IMG/VR virus record: IMGVR_UViG_3300025087_000039
Coordinates: 1-64,000 of that record
Source of the DNA: an uncultured virus (IMG/VR IMGVR_UViG_3300025087_000039)
Lineage: Duplodnaviria > Heunggongvirae > Uroviricota > Caudoviricetes
Strand: one strand, 5' to 3'
Length of the DNA: 64,000 bases
Shown: positions 1-8,715 of the stretch, piece by piece
Position numbering within the stretch: the stretch's first letter is position 1
Layout of the letters: every line of letters starts with the position of its first letter
Notes under the pieces: model-generated
Told to the model about the DNA's origin: nothing
Seen by the model: only the letters and a program-made list of their open reading frames with translations
Database searches by the model: none
Program-made: the position numbers and the translations under genes

Positions 1-587
1 TCGAGAGCGTCAGCGAGAAGTACCCGGTGGGCACCACCATCGAGTCCAAGATCAAGGCCATGACCGACTTCGGGATCTTCCTCGGCATCGATGAGGGAAT
101 CGACGGCATGGTCCACATCTCGGACATCTCCTGGACCGGGCACATCAAGACGCCCGCTGAGCTTTATCACATCGGGGAAACGATCCGGGCCAAGATCATC
201 CGGATCGATCCCTCTTCAGGGCGGATTGCCCTGGGCGTCAAGCAACTGGAGCCCGATCCCTGGGATACCGTCGGGGAAAGGTTCCCCGTCGGAACGAAGA
301 TCTGCGGCACGGTGACCGGGACCGCCGACTACGGCGTGTTCCTCTCCCTTGAGGGCGGACTGCGAGGCCTGGTCCACGTTTCCGAGATCCCCAAGGACCT
401 GACGAAGAACCTCGCCGGCTCGTTCCCGGTCGGATCTTCCGTGGAGGCCAAAGTGGTCTCCATCAACAAGGAGGAACGGAAGATGGCCTTCTCCATCAAC
501 AAGATGGAGGGAGGAGGGCCGACTTCCAAGGGAAAGCCGGGGTTCAACAAGCCCCGTTTTGTCATGAAGAGAAGCGAAACGAAGTAG
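1..587 (+). CDS. rpsA: Ribosomal protein S1-like protein, 5'-truncated by the window edge (last two S1 domains plus a basic tail)
   Basis: Two tandem S1 OB-fold repeats (TDFGIFLGIDEGIDGMVHISDISW...ALGVKQLEPDPW; DYGVFLSLEGGLRGLVHVSE). Frame is open back to base 3. GC-rich codons. Confidence 0.9.
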   Translation, partial: ESVSEKYPVGTTIESKIKAMTDFGIFLGIDEGIDGMVHISDISWTGHIKTPAELYHIGETIRAKIIRIDPSSGRIALGVKQLEPDPWDTVGERFPVGTKICGTVTGTADYGVFLSLEGGLRGLVHVSEIPKDLTKNLAGSFPVGSSVEAKVVSINKEERKMAFSINKMEGGGPTSKGKPGFNKPRFVMKRSETK

Positions 588-589
588 AG

Positions 590-1150
590 ATGGGGGATAT
601 TGATAATCGTTAATTTGTGGTCCTCAAGGGCATGAGGGAAAACTGCGGGTCACTAGAAACGGAACTAAGGAATTTTCGGATCTGTTAGTTAAGAAGATCT
701 AGACTTTCCTCTTATCCGTTACGCTTGGGCAACGCCCTGTGATCTCCAGCCACGTTTCATTTAGACAAGGGAAACTTAATTCTGGGAAACCTTGGAATGA
801 ACCATCATCGAAAGGAGACAGGATGAAATACCTCGTGTTGAGGTTTTTCCTGTTTAGAACACGGATAGCTTTTCACTGACCGCCAGAAGTCCGGAGCACC
901 TGGAGTGAAAACCAACCCCAACTTTGAAAGGGCGTGCCATGAAAAAGCGAAAGATGGTCTAAGGCTATCCAATCCCAAACCAAGAGACCTGGGACGCTGG
1001 GCTCTCGTGGATTGGAAGACTTAGATCGCTTCACCGCAGAAAGGCAAAGGCCTGCAGCTGAGAGAAACCCCTTTGCTCTCGCAGGCCTTTGCCTAGTAAT
1101 TCTGGATGGGCCCCAACCGGCGCCGTCATTCCGCCTTTGGGGCCCATCCA
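590..1150 (+). ncRNA. Candidate structured RNA / hairpin chain downstream of S1 (distal hairpins may also terminate transcription)
   Basis: Successive inverted repeats: 658-663/715-720, 818-823/848-853, 870-877/904-911, 968-975/1009-1016, 1042-1055/1081-1094 (14 bp perfect), 1103-1116/1137-1150 (14 bp perfect). No convincing long ORF. Confidence 0.5.
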
Positions 1151-1159
1151 TCCAAAATT

Positions 1160-1711
1160 CTATTTCTTAATCACACTTATATTTTTTAAGAAGTCATCTT
1201 TACTAATCTTATTTTTTTGCTTCTTTTTAGTTTCTTTTTTGATTTTTGTTTTAACTGGTTTTTCCTTCAATAAGCCCAATCCAGAATATATTTCATCTTT
1301 TTCTTCATCTGGTAATTTTAAACAAAGGTCTGATAATAATTCTATATCATCATTTTTTAATAAAGGAATTTTACTTCTTAAACCTTTAAATAATTCTTCT
1401 TGTTTTTTATAAGGTTTATAAAGCATCATATTTCTTTTAATTCTAAAATCAATTACACACTTTTTAATGAATAAGAATAATTCCTTTTTTTCTAAATATC
1501 TTAAATTGATATTATTAAATTTTTTATTTAAAAAATGATTTAATTCAGGACTATTTAAAAATAAAGAAATTACATAGGTATGAGTGATTGGAGAATTGTA
1601 TTTCAAAATATCAGGAATTAAAACTTTACCTTCTTCATTTAATTTAGGTTTTGGAATTTCAGAATTGATTGAATCGTCAAAAAGCCAATTAAAAAAAGTC
1701 TTAAATGGCAT
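1160..1711 (-). CDS. Hypothetical protein, possibly clamp-loader A subunit (T4 gp62-like)
   Basis: 183-aa ORF with SD and upstream AGAACAAA motif. Size and YN...N...FL.FI...KR pattern loosely recall gp62. Confidence 0.35.
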   Translation of the reverse strand: MPFKTFFNWLFDDSINSEIPKPKLNEEGKVLIPDILKYNSPITHTYVISLFLNSPELNHFLNKKFNNINLRYLEKKELFLFIKKCVIDFRIKRNMMLYKPYKKQEELFKGLRSKIPLLKNDDIELLSDLCLKLPDEEKDEIYSGLGLLKEKPVKTKIKKETKKKQKNKISKDDFLKNISVIKK

Positions 1712-1731
1712 ATCTTTTATCCTTTTAAATT

Positions 1732-1739
1732 TTTGTTCT
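1732..1739 (-). promoter_or_regulatory. AGAACAAA promoter-like motif
   Basis: 20 bp upstream of ORF 1160-1711; the motif recurs in many intergenic regions. Confidence 0.55.
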
Positions 1740-1779
1740 TTTATTCTAAATATTTTTCTTTTTGTTTTTTAATTTCTAA

Positions 1780-1800
1780 CTATATATATTAATAAACGAG
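1780..1800 (+). promoter_or_regulatory. Putative early phage promoter CTATATATATTAATAAACGAG
   Basis: Near-identical copies at 8820-8840 and 53651-53671, each upstream of a plus-strand gene block. Confidence 0.75.
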
Positions 1801-1841
1801 AAGGATTTTTATACCCACTTAATGAAAGGACTATTCTAAGA

Positions 1842-2237
1842 ATGGAAAACCTAAAAAAATATTTTTCACAAATGTTTTTTCAATTGATATTTTTAGGAAT
1901 ATTTATTTATGGTGTTTATTTTAAAAACTATATATTTTTTGATGTGTTCATATTCTATACAATTCTCATTACCTTAGCATTAATCGTTTCTATGCCTATT
2001 TTATTCTTTAAGGAAAATTTATTTGATTTAGCATTTATATATACGAAAAAGAAGCTTGAATTTAAAAAAGATTTTATATTCTATTTTAAAAATATATTAT
2101 GGATATTTTATATAATTAGTTTAGGAACTTTTGGACATACATTCTTAATGTGTATATGGATTTTTAATTCATTGATAAAAATTCTTTATGATACGAAAAT
2201 GGAAAATTTTGAGAAAACTAGAATCACTTCAGATTAA
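1842..2237 (+). CDS. Hypothetical membrane protein
   Basis: 131 aa with several hydrophobic segments; SD AAAGGA. Confidence 0.7.
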   Translation: MENLKKYFSQMFFQLIFLGIFIYGVYFKNYIFFDVFIFYTILITLALIVSMPILFFKENLFDLAFIYTKKKLEFKKDFIFYFKNILWIFYIISLGTFGHTFLMCIWIFNSLIKILYDTKMENFEKTRITSD

Positions 2238-2252
2238 AAGGGGGATAAAAGC

Positions 2253-2744
2253 ATGGACCGAGGGGCTCTAACAGAACAAGGTCAAAACCTAATGGAAGGA
2301 ATAATAACAAAAACCAATTTCAGAATATTCAATGACTCAAGAGACAAGGAAAATATTCCTGCGGTCAAAACCGAATTTTTTGTTCTGGATGCAATAAAAA
2401 ATTTGGTGAGATGGGAATTGATGTTTGGGGGAAATATTTCTGAAATTACTGAAATTAAATTGAGCACCAGAGTTTGCGGGTGTAAAGATATAATTTCTTA
2501 TCGTGGCTCAAAAGAATCCATACTGCCTTTGATCCAGACGTCTCTTCTATGGCTAAAGGCATCTGATAAGGTGTCAATGGATGAACTTTCCAAAAAAGTG
2601 GTTGGTCTGACAAACGGCTCTCCATTGTTGATAACTTTGGGGATGGGAATATTCGTGGGAAATGCAAGAAAGGAAAAATTCCTGCATATCCTTAATGAAA
2701 ATCTAAATTTAGTTGGTATTAAAATCGATACTTTAGAAAATTAA
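2253..2744 (+). CDS. Hypothetical protein
   Basis: 163-aa ORF with G-rich SD. Confidence 0.7.
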   Translation: MDRGALTEQGQNLMEGIITKTNFRIFNDSRDKENIPAVKTEFFVLDAIKNLVRWELMFGGNISEITEIKLSTRVCGCKDIISYRGSKESILPLIQTSLLWLKASDKVSMDELSKKVVGLTNGSPLLITLGMGIFVGNARKEKFLHILNENLNLVGIKIDTLEN

Positions 2745-2801
2745 TTATTCAAAAAATAATAAAGAATTGAATTGGTTATTCTCTCTAAGAAAGGATTTGA
2801 C

Positions 2802-2930
2802 ATGAAACCAGCCTGTCAAGGGGTTGGGACAATTGCAATTAGTGCCGCAGCAGTTTTGATGTTTCAAAAAGATCCGAGTGAATTCATTCCATTTTTTTGG
2901 TTAGTAGGAATACTTTTCATCTGGAATTAA
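2802..2930 (+). CDS. Small membrane protein (42 aa, absent from the ORF track)
   Basis: SD GAAAGGA then MKPACQGVGTIAISAAAVLMFQKDPSEFIPFFWLVGILFIWN*; two hydrophobic segments. Confidence 0.6.
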   Translation: MKPACQGVGTIAISAAAVLMFQKDPSEFIPFFWLVGILFIWN

Positions 2931-2942
2931 TGATATTCAGAA

Positions 2943-2991
2943 GACCTCAAGACAGGGACTTTTGAAATTCCCTTATCCCTGTCTTGAGGTC
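2943..2991. terminator. Hairpin terminator between convergent blocks
   Basis: 16-bp perfect IR GACCTCAAGACAGGGA/TCCCTGTCTTGAGGTC. Confidence 0.75.
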
Positions 2992-3012
2992 ATACTATGT
3001 TTTAAAGTTTTG

Positions 3013-3972
3013 TTAATTTAAAGTCTCATTTATAACGCTCTCAAAGATTTCATAAAAGTGATCAACCTTATATTGATTATTTAATTCTTTCAACGGTTTT
3101 AATTCTCCTCTAAAAATTTTTTTAATTTTATCTTTTAATTCTTCAATATTATTATATAAATATTCTCTTGGTAATAATTCGGGAAAAGCTAATCTATTTG
3201 GAGCCAAAGGGATACAACCCATTAAATATGCATCTAAAATTGAATAATTAAATGTATCTTCTTTTGAGGAAATTAAAAGAATTTTAGAATTTGCTAAATG
3301 TTGATAATAATCTTTCCATGAGTCAAATGATTTTCTAATAATTTTTGTGTTAAATTCTTTTTCTATTTCTCTCTCTATTTTTTTTGTAGATTTTTGTATA
3401 CAAGATCTAGACACAGAAGTTATGTCAATTATTTTATTTGAATTGAATATTTCATCATTAAAAATATCATATGGTTGTGGAAGTCCTGTGATCATTATAT
3501 TTTTTATGCCTTTTAATTTAAGGGCATGATAAACGCTTCCAACTAAAATATAATCATAATTATTTGCCATGCCCTGTTCAACTAAATATTTTTCTTTTCT
3601 TACTTTTTGAAAATAATCATATTTATTTAATGATGAGCCATGACAAAAGCATAAACTTAACTTTGGTTTTTTATGAAATAAAACTGAATGAAAAACTCCT
3701 GGAAAACTTAAATCAGCATGAAATAAAACATCATTTTTTTCTAGTTTTAAATCAAGATATTCTTCAACTTGAGATAGCTCAAATTTAATAGCCATTTCTG
3801 TATTAGAAAATAATCCCGAATTATCAGCATTTTGAGGAATATTATTTTTTCCTAAAACAATGACTTCGCTAAAAGCATCTTGAACATTCTTTGGAAACTC
3901 TGTAAACCACCATTCGCTATATCTCATCTTTATAGGAAGTTGTGGTACAAAAATCAATCTAGCCATTTTCAT
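3013..3972 (-). CDS. GT-B (GT4-like) glycosyltransferase
   Basis: C-terminal SKEDTFNYSILDAYLMGCIPLAPNRLAFPE matches the E-x-F-x4-E/D GT4 signature. Confidence 0.8.
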   Translation of the reverse strand: MKMARLIFVPQLPIKMRYSEWWFTEFPKNVQDAFSEVIVLGKNNIPQNADNSGLFSNTEMAIKFELSQVEEYLDLKLEKNDVLFHADLSFPGVFHSVLFHKKPKLSLCFCHGSSLNKYDYFQKVRKEKYLVEQGMANNYDYILVGSVYHALKLKGIKNIMITGLPQPYDIFNDEIFNSNKIIDITSVSRSCIQKSTKKIEREIEKEFNTKIIRKSFDSWKDYYQHLANSKILLISSKEDTFNYSILDAYLMGCIPLAPNRLAFPELLPREYLYNNIEELKDKIKKIFRGELKPLKELNNQYKVDHFYEIFESVINETLN

Positions 3973-4441
3973 TTCCTAATTCAATAAGCCATTTGTCATA
4001 CCCTGAAAACAAGAAATATTTATAATCATATTCCCATAAAGATTTTTGACTTGGATACAATAAATTTAAAACCTTTTTCTTTTCTTCTGAAAAAGGCGTT
4101 TCAAATATAAAAGGCGCATTCATTATTGTCGAATAAAAAATTACATTGTAACCATTTCTTAAAAGCCTTTCACCATGTTGTCCCAATAATCTATGTTCCG
4201 GATGAGTTTCATAAATCGGATGTGGAAAATAAAAAGTATTTTTTATTGATAAAAAAGCTGGAGGAACAGAATATTGAAAATATATAAATTTAACATCAAA
4301 ATGATTTCTCAAATTCAAACATTCTTCCGCTCTCTCTTTATTTAATTTTGTTGTAAAATTAACTACACAATTTCCTTTTTTTAAAATCTCAAAACAACCT
4401 ATAATCTCATCATCTGGATGTGGAGCCATAATCACATTCAT
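3959..4441 (-). CDS. PIG-L/LmbE family de-N-acetylase
   Basis: APHPDDEIIG and HPEH motifs, YPSQ near C-terminus. Confidence 0.85.
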   Translation of the reverse strand: MNVIMAPHPDDEIIGCFEILKKGNCVVNFTTKLNKERAEECLNLRNHFDVKFIYFQYSVPPAFLSIKNTFYFPHPIYETHPEHRLLGQHGERLLRNGYNVIFYSTIMNAPFIFETPFSEEKKKVLNLLYPSQKSLWEYDYKYFLFSGYDKWLIELGNENG

Positions 4442-4824
4442 GTTTTCTTCTTTCCGAAATCTATATTGATAATTTTACCTTCCTCTTTCACTTCTTCCTT
4501 TTCTCCAGGATTTATCATTTCATTAAAATCTTCTTCATTTAAAGAACTGATCAAAAGTTCTAATTCATCTTCAGAAGAAACATAAGTCATAAAAATCTTT
4601 GAATCTGTACAAGGTCCGATTTTCCCACTATAATATATCATTCCCACTATTTCTTGTTCTAAAAAATTTTTATCTTCATCATCTTCAATATCGAAAATTC
4701 CCCAAAATAAAATCGGTCTAACCACAACTTGAGGAATCCCATTTTCAAATCCAGAAAAAATGACTGCGTTCATTTTATCATTATTATTTTGAAGAAGGTT
4801 ATTTATAGTTTTATATTTCGCCAT
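4438..4824 (-). CDS. Hypothetical protein
   Basis: 128-aa ORF overlapping both neighbours. Confidence 0.6.
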   Translation of the reverse strand: MAKYKTINNLLQNNNDKMNAVIFSGFENGIPQVVVRPILFWGIFDIEDDEDKNFLEQEIVGMIYYSGKIGPCTDSKIFMTYVSSEDELELLISSLNEEDFNEMINPGEKEEVKEEGKIINIDFGKKKT

Positions 4825-5773
4825 TTGTTACCTCTTGCTTTTCAGGACAGCCTTGAATTCGATTTTGTTTTTCGTTTTTGAGATCGTTGTATCCACAGCC
4901 TTCGATAGTTTTATGGACTGATTGATGACATTCTATGCAAAGTGTGATACAAGAATCTATGTCGTTTGCGAAGCCGGGATTAAGAGCGATTGGGTCAATA
5001 TGATGACATTGAAGACTTTCTTGGACATTGCATCTTTGACATTCCCAATTGTCTCTTTCAAAGACGAGTTTTCGGATGAGGGGATTGACTTCGACTGAGA
5101 AATTATGTCCGTGTTCATTTGTTAGATTGGGCGTATCATCTTTCTTAATATTATACGGTTTGTGATTTTTTGGCCACAACACTTGATAATGATCTGGACA
5201 CAATTTTTTGCATTCACCAGAGCAATAAAAATTACAACCTATTCCATTATTTTTTCTAACTGCTCCAATTCTATTATCTAATTCAATTTGTGTTGGAACA
5301 TACCACTTTCCACAATATGTACATTTAACTTCTATTTTCTTATCTTTGTTTTCTCTATTTTTATCTTCTGTTATTTTTGGACTCCAATGTTTATAAAGAC
5401 TATCCTTAGCTCCTTTATAATATGGATTCCTCGGCCCCTTGCGATCTTTAAATATTGGATTATTTGTATGGGTTTCTTTTAATCTTTCTCTTAATTTTTC
5501 TGACCCTTCTTTACTATATAATTCTTCCCAAGTTTTTCCTTTTTGATAAGGAATTCTTTCTTTGCTCTTTAATCCAATTTTTCTCTTTATTTCTTTTGCT
5601 TTTTCTTCACCATGTCGCATTTCTAAAGTAATCCCTAAATTAGCATCTCTTAATTTTTGACGAGTTTCATCAGTAACCACATTCTTATTATGACCCCATA
5701 AATATTTATTAGTTTTTTTAGTAACTTCTTTTCCACACCCACAATCACATAAAGGAAAATTTTCTTCACTCAT
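4811..5773 (-). CDS. Free-standing HNH homing endonuclease with NUMOD3-like and Zn-finger DNA-binding domains
   Basis: CDCGCG, ETRQKLRDANLG, KGKTWEELY, CTYCG...YCSGEC, VFERDNWECQRC...LQCHHIDP...TLCIECHQSVH. AGGAG SD points to the ATG at 5773. Confidence 0.85.
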   Translation of the reverse strand: MSEENFPLCDCGCGKEVTKKTNKYLWGHNKNVVTDETRQKLRDANLGITLEMRHGEEKAKEIKRKIGLKSKERIPYQKGKTWEELYSKEGSEKLRERLKETHTNNPIFKDRKGPRNPYYKGAKDSLYKHWSPKITEDKNRENKDKKIEVKCTYCGKWYVPTQIELDNRIGAVRKNNGIGCNFYCSGECKKLCPDHYQVLWPKNHKPYNIKKDDTPNLTNEHGHNFSVEVNPLIRKLVFERDNWECQRCNVQESLQCHHIDPIALNPGFANDIDSCITLCIECHQSVHKTIEGCGYNDLKNEKQNRIQGCPEKQEVTNGEI

Positions 5774-5785
5774 TTTAAAGCTCCT

Positions 5786-5849
5786 TTTCATATCGACACC
5801 CATTATGATTTATATTTTGTTCTTATTCATAATGGGTGTCGATATGAAA
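5786..5849 (-). promoter_or_regulatory. 23-bp perfect hairpin abutting the HNH SD, with AGAACAAA motif in its loop
   Basis: TTTCATATCGACACCCATTATGA (5786-5808) / TCATAATGGGTGTCGATATGAAA (5827-5849); motif at 5816-5823. Confidence 0.75.
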
Positions 5850-5856
5850 TTAATTC

Positions 5857-6471
5857 TTAAATCTTAGCCATCAAATTCAAAGATTCATAAAGTTCCATTC
5901 GACAAGCTAAAAAATTCATCGCGTCGCCTTGAAGTGAACTCAGCAGGAGCTTGTCAGCATATAAAATTATGGATATTGACTCAACACAGCCACGTTTCTT
6001 TTTATCATAATGCGTATTAATTGTATCAGATAAAATTCCAGTAAAATTTCTGAGGGATTGAATATTGTTTCTTAAGATATTATTATCTCTGCAAAAATCT
6101 ATACAGTCATGAACTACATTATCCAAATCATCCAAATTCTCATCACAAATTAAGCTAACAAAAAGTGGAAACCCAATTCGTGTATATTTTCGAATTATCA
6201 TGGGACTAAAATTTTTATCGAGAAGCTTTGTTGCCACATCTCTATCTTCCAAGCCAAACCTTCCATCTCCAAGGTTCAGTTTATTCATATCTCTATCTTT
6301 TGCTATCTCGCCCATATTAATTCCCGCAGACGTTTCCTTCGCTTCATTAGTTTCCATTCCCGATCCAATCTTAATTCCCGTTCCCGGAAAAGAATCCACT
6401 TGCTTTCCCTTATTCATTTTCGCACTCACTTTCTTATCAAAAGATTCCTTAGAAATCTCACCGGATATCAT
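5857..6471 (-). CDS. Hypothetical protein
   Basis: 204-aa ORF in operon. Confidence 0.65.
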   Translation of the reverse strand: MISGEISKESFDKKVSAKMNKGKQVDSFPGTGIKIGSGMETNEAKETSAGINMGEIAKDRDMNKLNLGDGRFGLEDRDVATKLLDKNFSPMIIRKYTRIGFPLFVSLICDENLDDLDNVVHDCIDFCRDNNILRNNIQSLRNFTGILSDTINTHYDKKKRGCVESISIILYADKLLLSSLQGDAMNFLACRMELYESLNLMAKI

Positions 6472-6474
6472 ATC

Positions 6475-6567
6475 TAAAACTCGCTCAAATACTTGAAGAA
6501 ATCCCCAACAGAGAATTCAAGCCAAAAATTAAAACTCACTCAAATACTTGAAGAAATCCCCGACAGA
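6475..6567. repeat. 38-bp direct repeat duplicating the 3' end of ORF 6529-6876
   Basis: TAAAACTCRCTCAAATACTTGAAGAAATCCCCRACAGA at 6475-6512 and 6530-6567. Confidence 0.85.
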
Positions 6568-6876
6568 AACAACGGTCTTTGTCACGTTATCCAAAAACCA
6601 AAGATTACAAACTTCGGAATCGTCGGGATCAACCGAAACGACTGGCTTGTTCAAAGTCCGAGCGAAATAAATCTGCATTCCTGACATCATCTTATTCAAA
6701 CTTCCTACCAAAAGAAAATCTGCATTCTCAATCTTATTCTTGGACATTTCAATATGATAATCGCCATCTCCCATAATATCATTGATCGCAGAGATGTTTT
6801 GAGTCTTGCCATACTTTTGGATAATTTCTCCAGATTCCTTAGCCGAAAAACCAGTCATGAAAACATTGAACTTCAT
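6529..6876 (-). CDS. Nucleoside 2-deoxyribosyltransferase-like small Rossmannoid protein
   Basis: VFMTG...IENADFLLV...GMQIYFARTLNKPVV pattern typical of the NDT-like fold; the catalytic Glu is apparently Gln. Confidence 0.5.
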   Translation of the reverse strand: MKFNVFMTGFSAKESGEIIQKYGKTQNISAINDIMGDGDYHIEMSKNKIENADFLLVGSLNKMMSGMQIYFARTLNKPVVSVDPDDSEVCNLWFLDNVTKTVVSVGDFFKYLSEF

Positions 6877-6899
6877 TTCTTTTTTTAAATCCTTTTCTT

Positions 6900-8120
6900 T
6901 TAGTTATTTGACTTCTTTACATCTTCATCATGATCCTGATTCAAATGAAACCCACATTTAATCCAAGCTAAAAAACAATACGTTGCAATTTTCAAAAGAT
7001 CTTTTTCTCTTTTTTGATTCAAGAATCTTCCACAATATTTTACAATTGTTTGAATAATCCAATCGACTCCAGTTTTTCCTGGACTTAAAAGACAAACAAA
7101 ATCTGTATGTTCCATATCATTGATTAATGCATATTTTTCACCGCCATGTTCAAATTGATTTGCAATTAATTTTGCAAAAGCTGCCCAATTTTCTCTTTTA
7201 GCTGAAAGACCAGTATTATACATACTGATATCTTTTCCCTGACTATTTTTAATTTTCATATCATTTGAAGATTTTTTAATTTGTTCCTTGTTAATATTTT
7301 TCATGCTTTCTAAACATGAAACATTAAAAGGGTGTTTTTCTGATTCGGAAGGCTGAGGAAATTCTTTGAAATCTTCAATTTCTGGAAGAAAGTTTAAACA
7401 TTGTTTTACTACGTCATAGGGCAAAAAAGACTTAGCCATATAAAAAGCAATTTTTTCTTCATCATGATCATTCAATATATTATTACATGCTTCACACTTT
7501 TCATTTTCAGAACAATGACAGATTTTAATTTCTTTTTCCTGACTATTTTTAATTTGTTCCTTATCAGTTTTTTCTTTTCTAATTTCTTCAATGATTTTAG
7601 AATCAAATGGCGGAATATAAGCTGTTAAATGATCAACGTTACCATCTTTATTTTCATCTTTTTTATTTAATTGATTAGTAATTGACTTCATAATAAATTT
7701 ACATGATTTGTCAATTTCATGTTGAACTTCTGAACTTTTAGTACAATTTAATATTTCATTATAAATAGTAAAAATCTCATTTAATGTTAAACCTAACCCA
7801 TTAAACATTTTTTTATCATTAAAAATTCCTGATTTTAACATTACATTTTTTTCTTTTTGAAGATTTGAATTTTCTCCGCAATTAGAACATCCATCATCTT
7901 TAGAGCAAGAACATTTTTCTTCTGGTTTTACCGGCTCATTAATAAATAAAGAATCAAAAGCTTTTTTAAAAACCTCAACAATTCTTTCAAGACTTTCTTG
8001 ATTTGTATAAGTTCTATTTTTAATATTTACAATAATTCTAAATAGTTCTTCTGTTAATTCTTTATTTAATAATAGTTCTGTTTTCCACATTTTTAAACTA
8101 GCCTTTCTTTGGAGGTTCAT
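6900..8120 (-). CDS. Hypothetical protein with C-terminal DUF3310/dNTP-diphosphohydrolase-like helical domain
   Basis: C-terminal HGGEKYA...IVKYCGRF...EKDLLKIATY; two CxC..CxxC motifs and short internal repeats. Confidence 0.5.
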   Translation of the reverse strand: MNLQRKASLKMWKTELLLNKELTEELFRIIVNIKNRTYTNQESLERIVEVFKKAFDSLFINEPVKPEEKCSCSKDDGCSNCGENSNLQKEKNVMLKSGIFNDKKMFNGLGLTLNEIFTIYNEILNCTKSSEVQHEIDKSCKFIMKSITNQLNKKDENKDGNVDHLTAYIPPFDSKIIEEIRKEKTDKEQIKNSQEKEIKICHCSENEKCEACNNILNDHDEEKIAFYMAKSFLPYDVVKQCLNFLPEIEDFKEFPQPSESEKHPFNVSCLESMKNINKEQIKKSSNDMKIKNSQGKDISMYNTGLSAKRENWAAFAKLIANQFEHGGEKYALINDMEHTDFVCLLSPGKTGVDWIIQTIVKYCGRFLNQKREKDLLKIATYCFLAWIKCGFHLNQDHDEDVKKSNN

Positions 8121-8676
8121 AACCAGAATAATAGGTATTTTCTTTAATTTGATATTGATTTGAAAGAAGAGATTTAATTAGTTCTTTAGTCATTCCTAAT
8201 AATGGAGCTTCAATATTGATGGGATAAGATGGAGAAATTTGAGATGCATTATTCATTCGTCCAATAAATTCTTGAGAACAATCTGGAAAAGAATTTAGAT
8301 AATCTGAAAAGTCCGGCCCAATCCAAACCGTCTTAATATTCATACTTTCTGCAACGGATAAGGCCAAACCCAAAAAGATTGTATTTCTTCCAGGAACGTG
8401 CATTGGATGAGCATTTCCATATTTTCCTGAAACTAAATTTCCAGTTAAACCACTAGAAATATTTTCTCCTAAATTTACTTTCAAAATCTTATATGGAATA
8501 TTTCCTTCAGATAAATGAGATTCTGCATATTTCAATTCTTCAATATGTTTTTGCCCATAATCAATTAAAACACCAAATGGTTTCTTTTTTGTACCTAAAG
8601 CAAATTCGATCATAAGTCTGCTATCCGCACCACCACTATACAAAATAACCAGATCACATGTGCTATCAGTTCCCAT
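8098..8676 (-). CDS. queC: QueC-family PP-loop ATPase lacking the C-terminal Zn-binding Cys cluster
   Basis: LYSGGADS, DYGQKH..EL, HVPGRNTIFL, FPDC...F, EAPLLGMTK. Ends TYYSGY without CGxCxxC. Confidence 0.8.
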   Translation of the reverse strand: MGTDSTCDLVILYSGGADSRLMIEFALGTKKKPFGVLIDYGQKHIEELKYAESHLSEGNIPYKILKVNLGENISSGLTGNLVSGKYGNAHPMHVPGRNTIFLGLALSVAESMNIKTVWIGPDFSDYLNSFPDCSQEFIGRMNNASQISPSYPINIEAPLLGMTKELIKSLLSNQYQIKENTYYSGYEPPKKG

Positions 8677-8715
8677 TTTTTAGCCTTTCACGATTTGAGG
8701 AAAACTATTTTTTAA

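Noticed and set aside
591..752. tmRNA, tRNA or 6S-like element (GGGGGAT...TCTCCAGCCA)
   Set aside because: No T-arm GTTCGA or cloverleaf; pairing too asymmetric to call 6S without a covariance model
974..1003. Resemblance to a c-di-GMP-I riboswitch (CAAACCA...TGGGACGC)
   Set aside because: Lacks the GGCAAA start, the GNRA loop and the GCAAAGC continuation; no gene downstream on that strand
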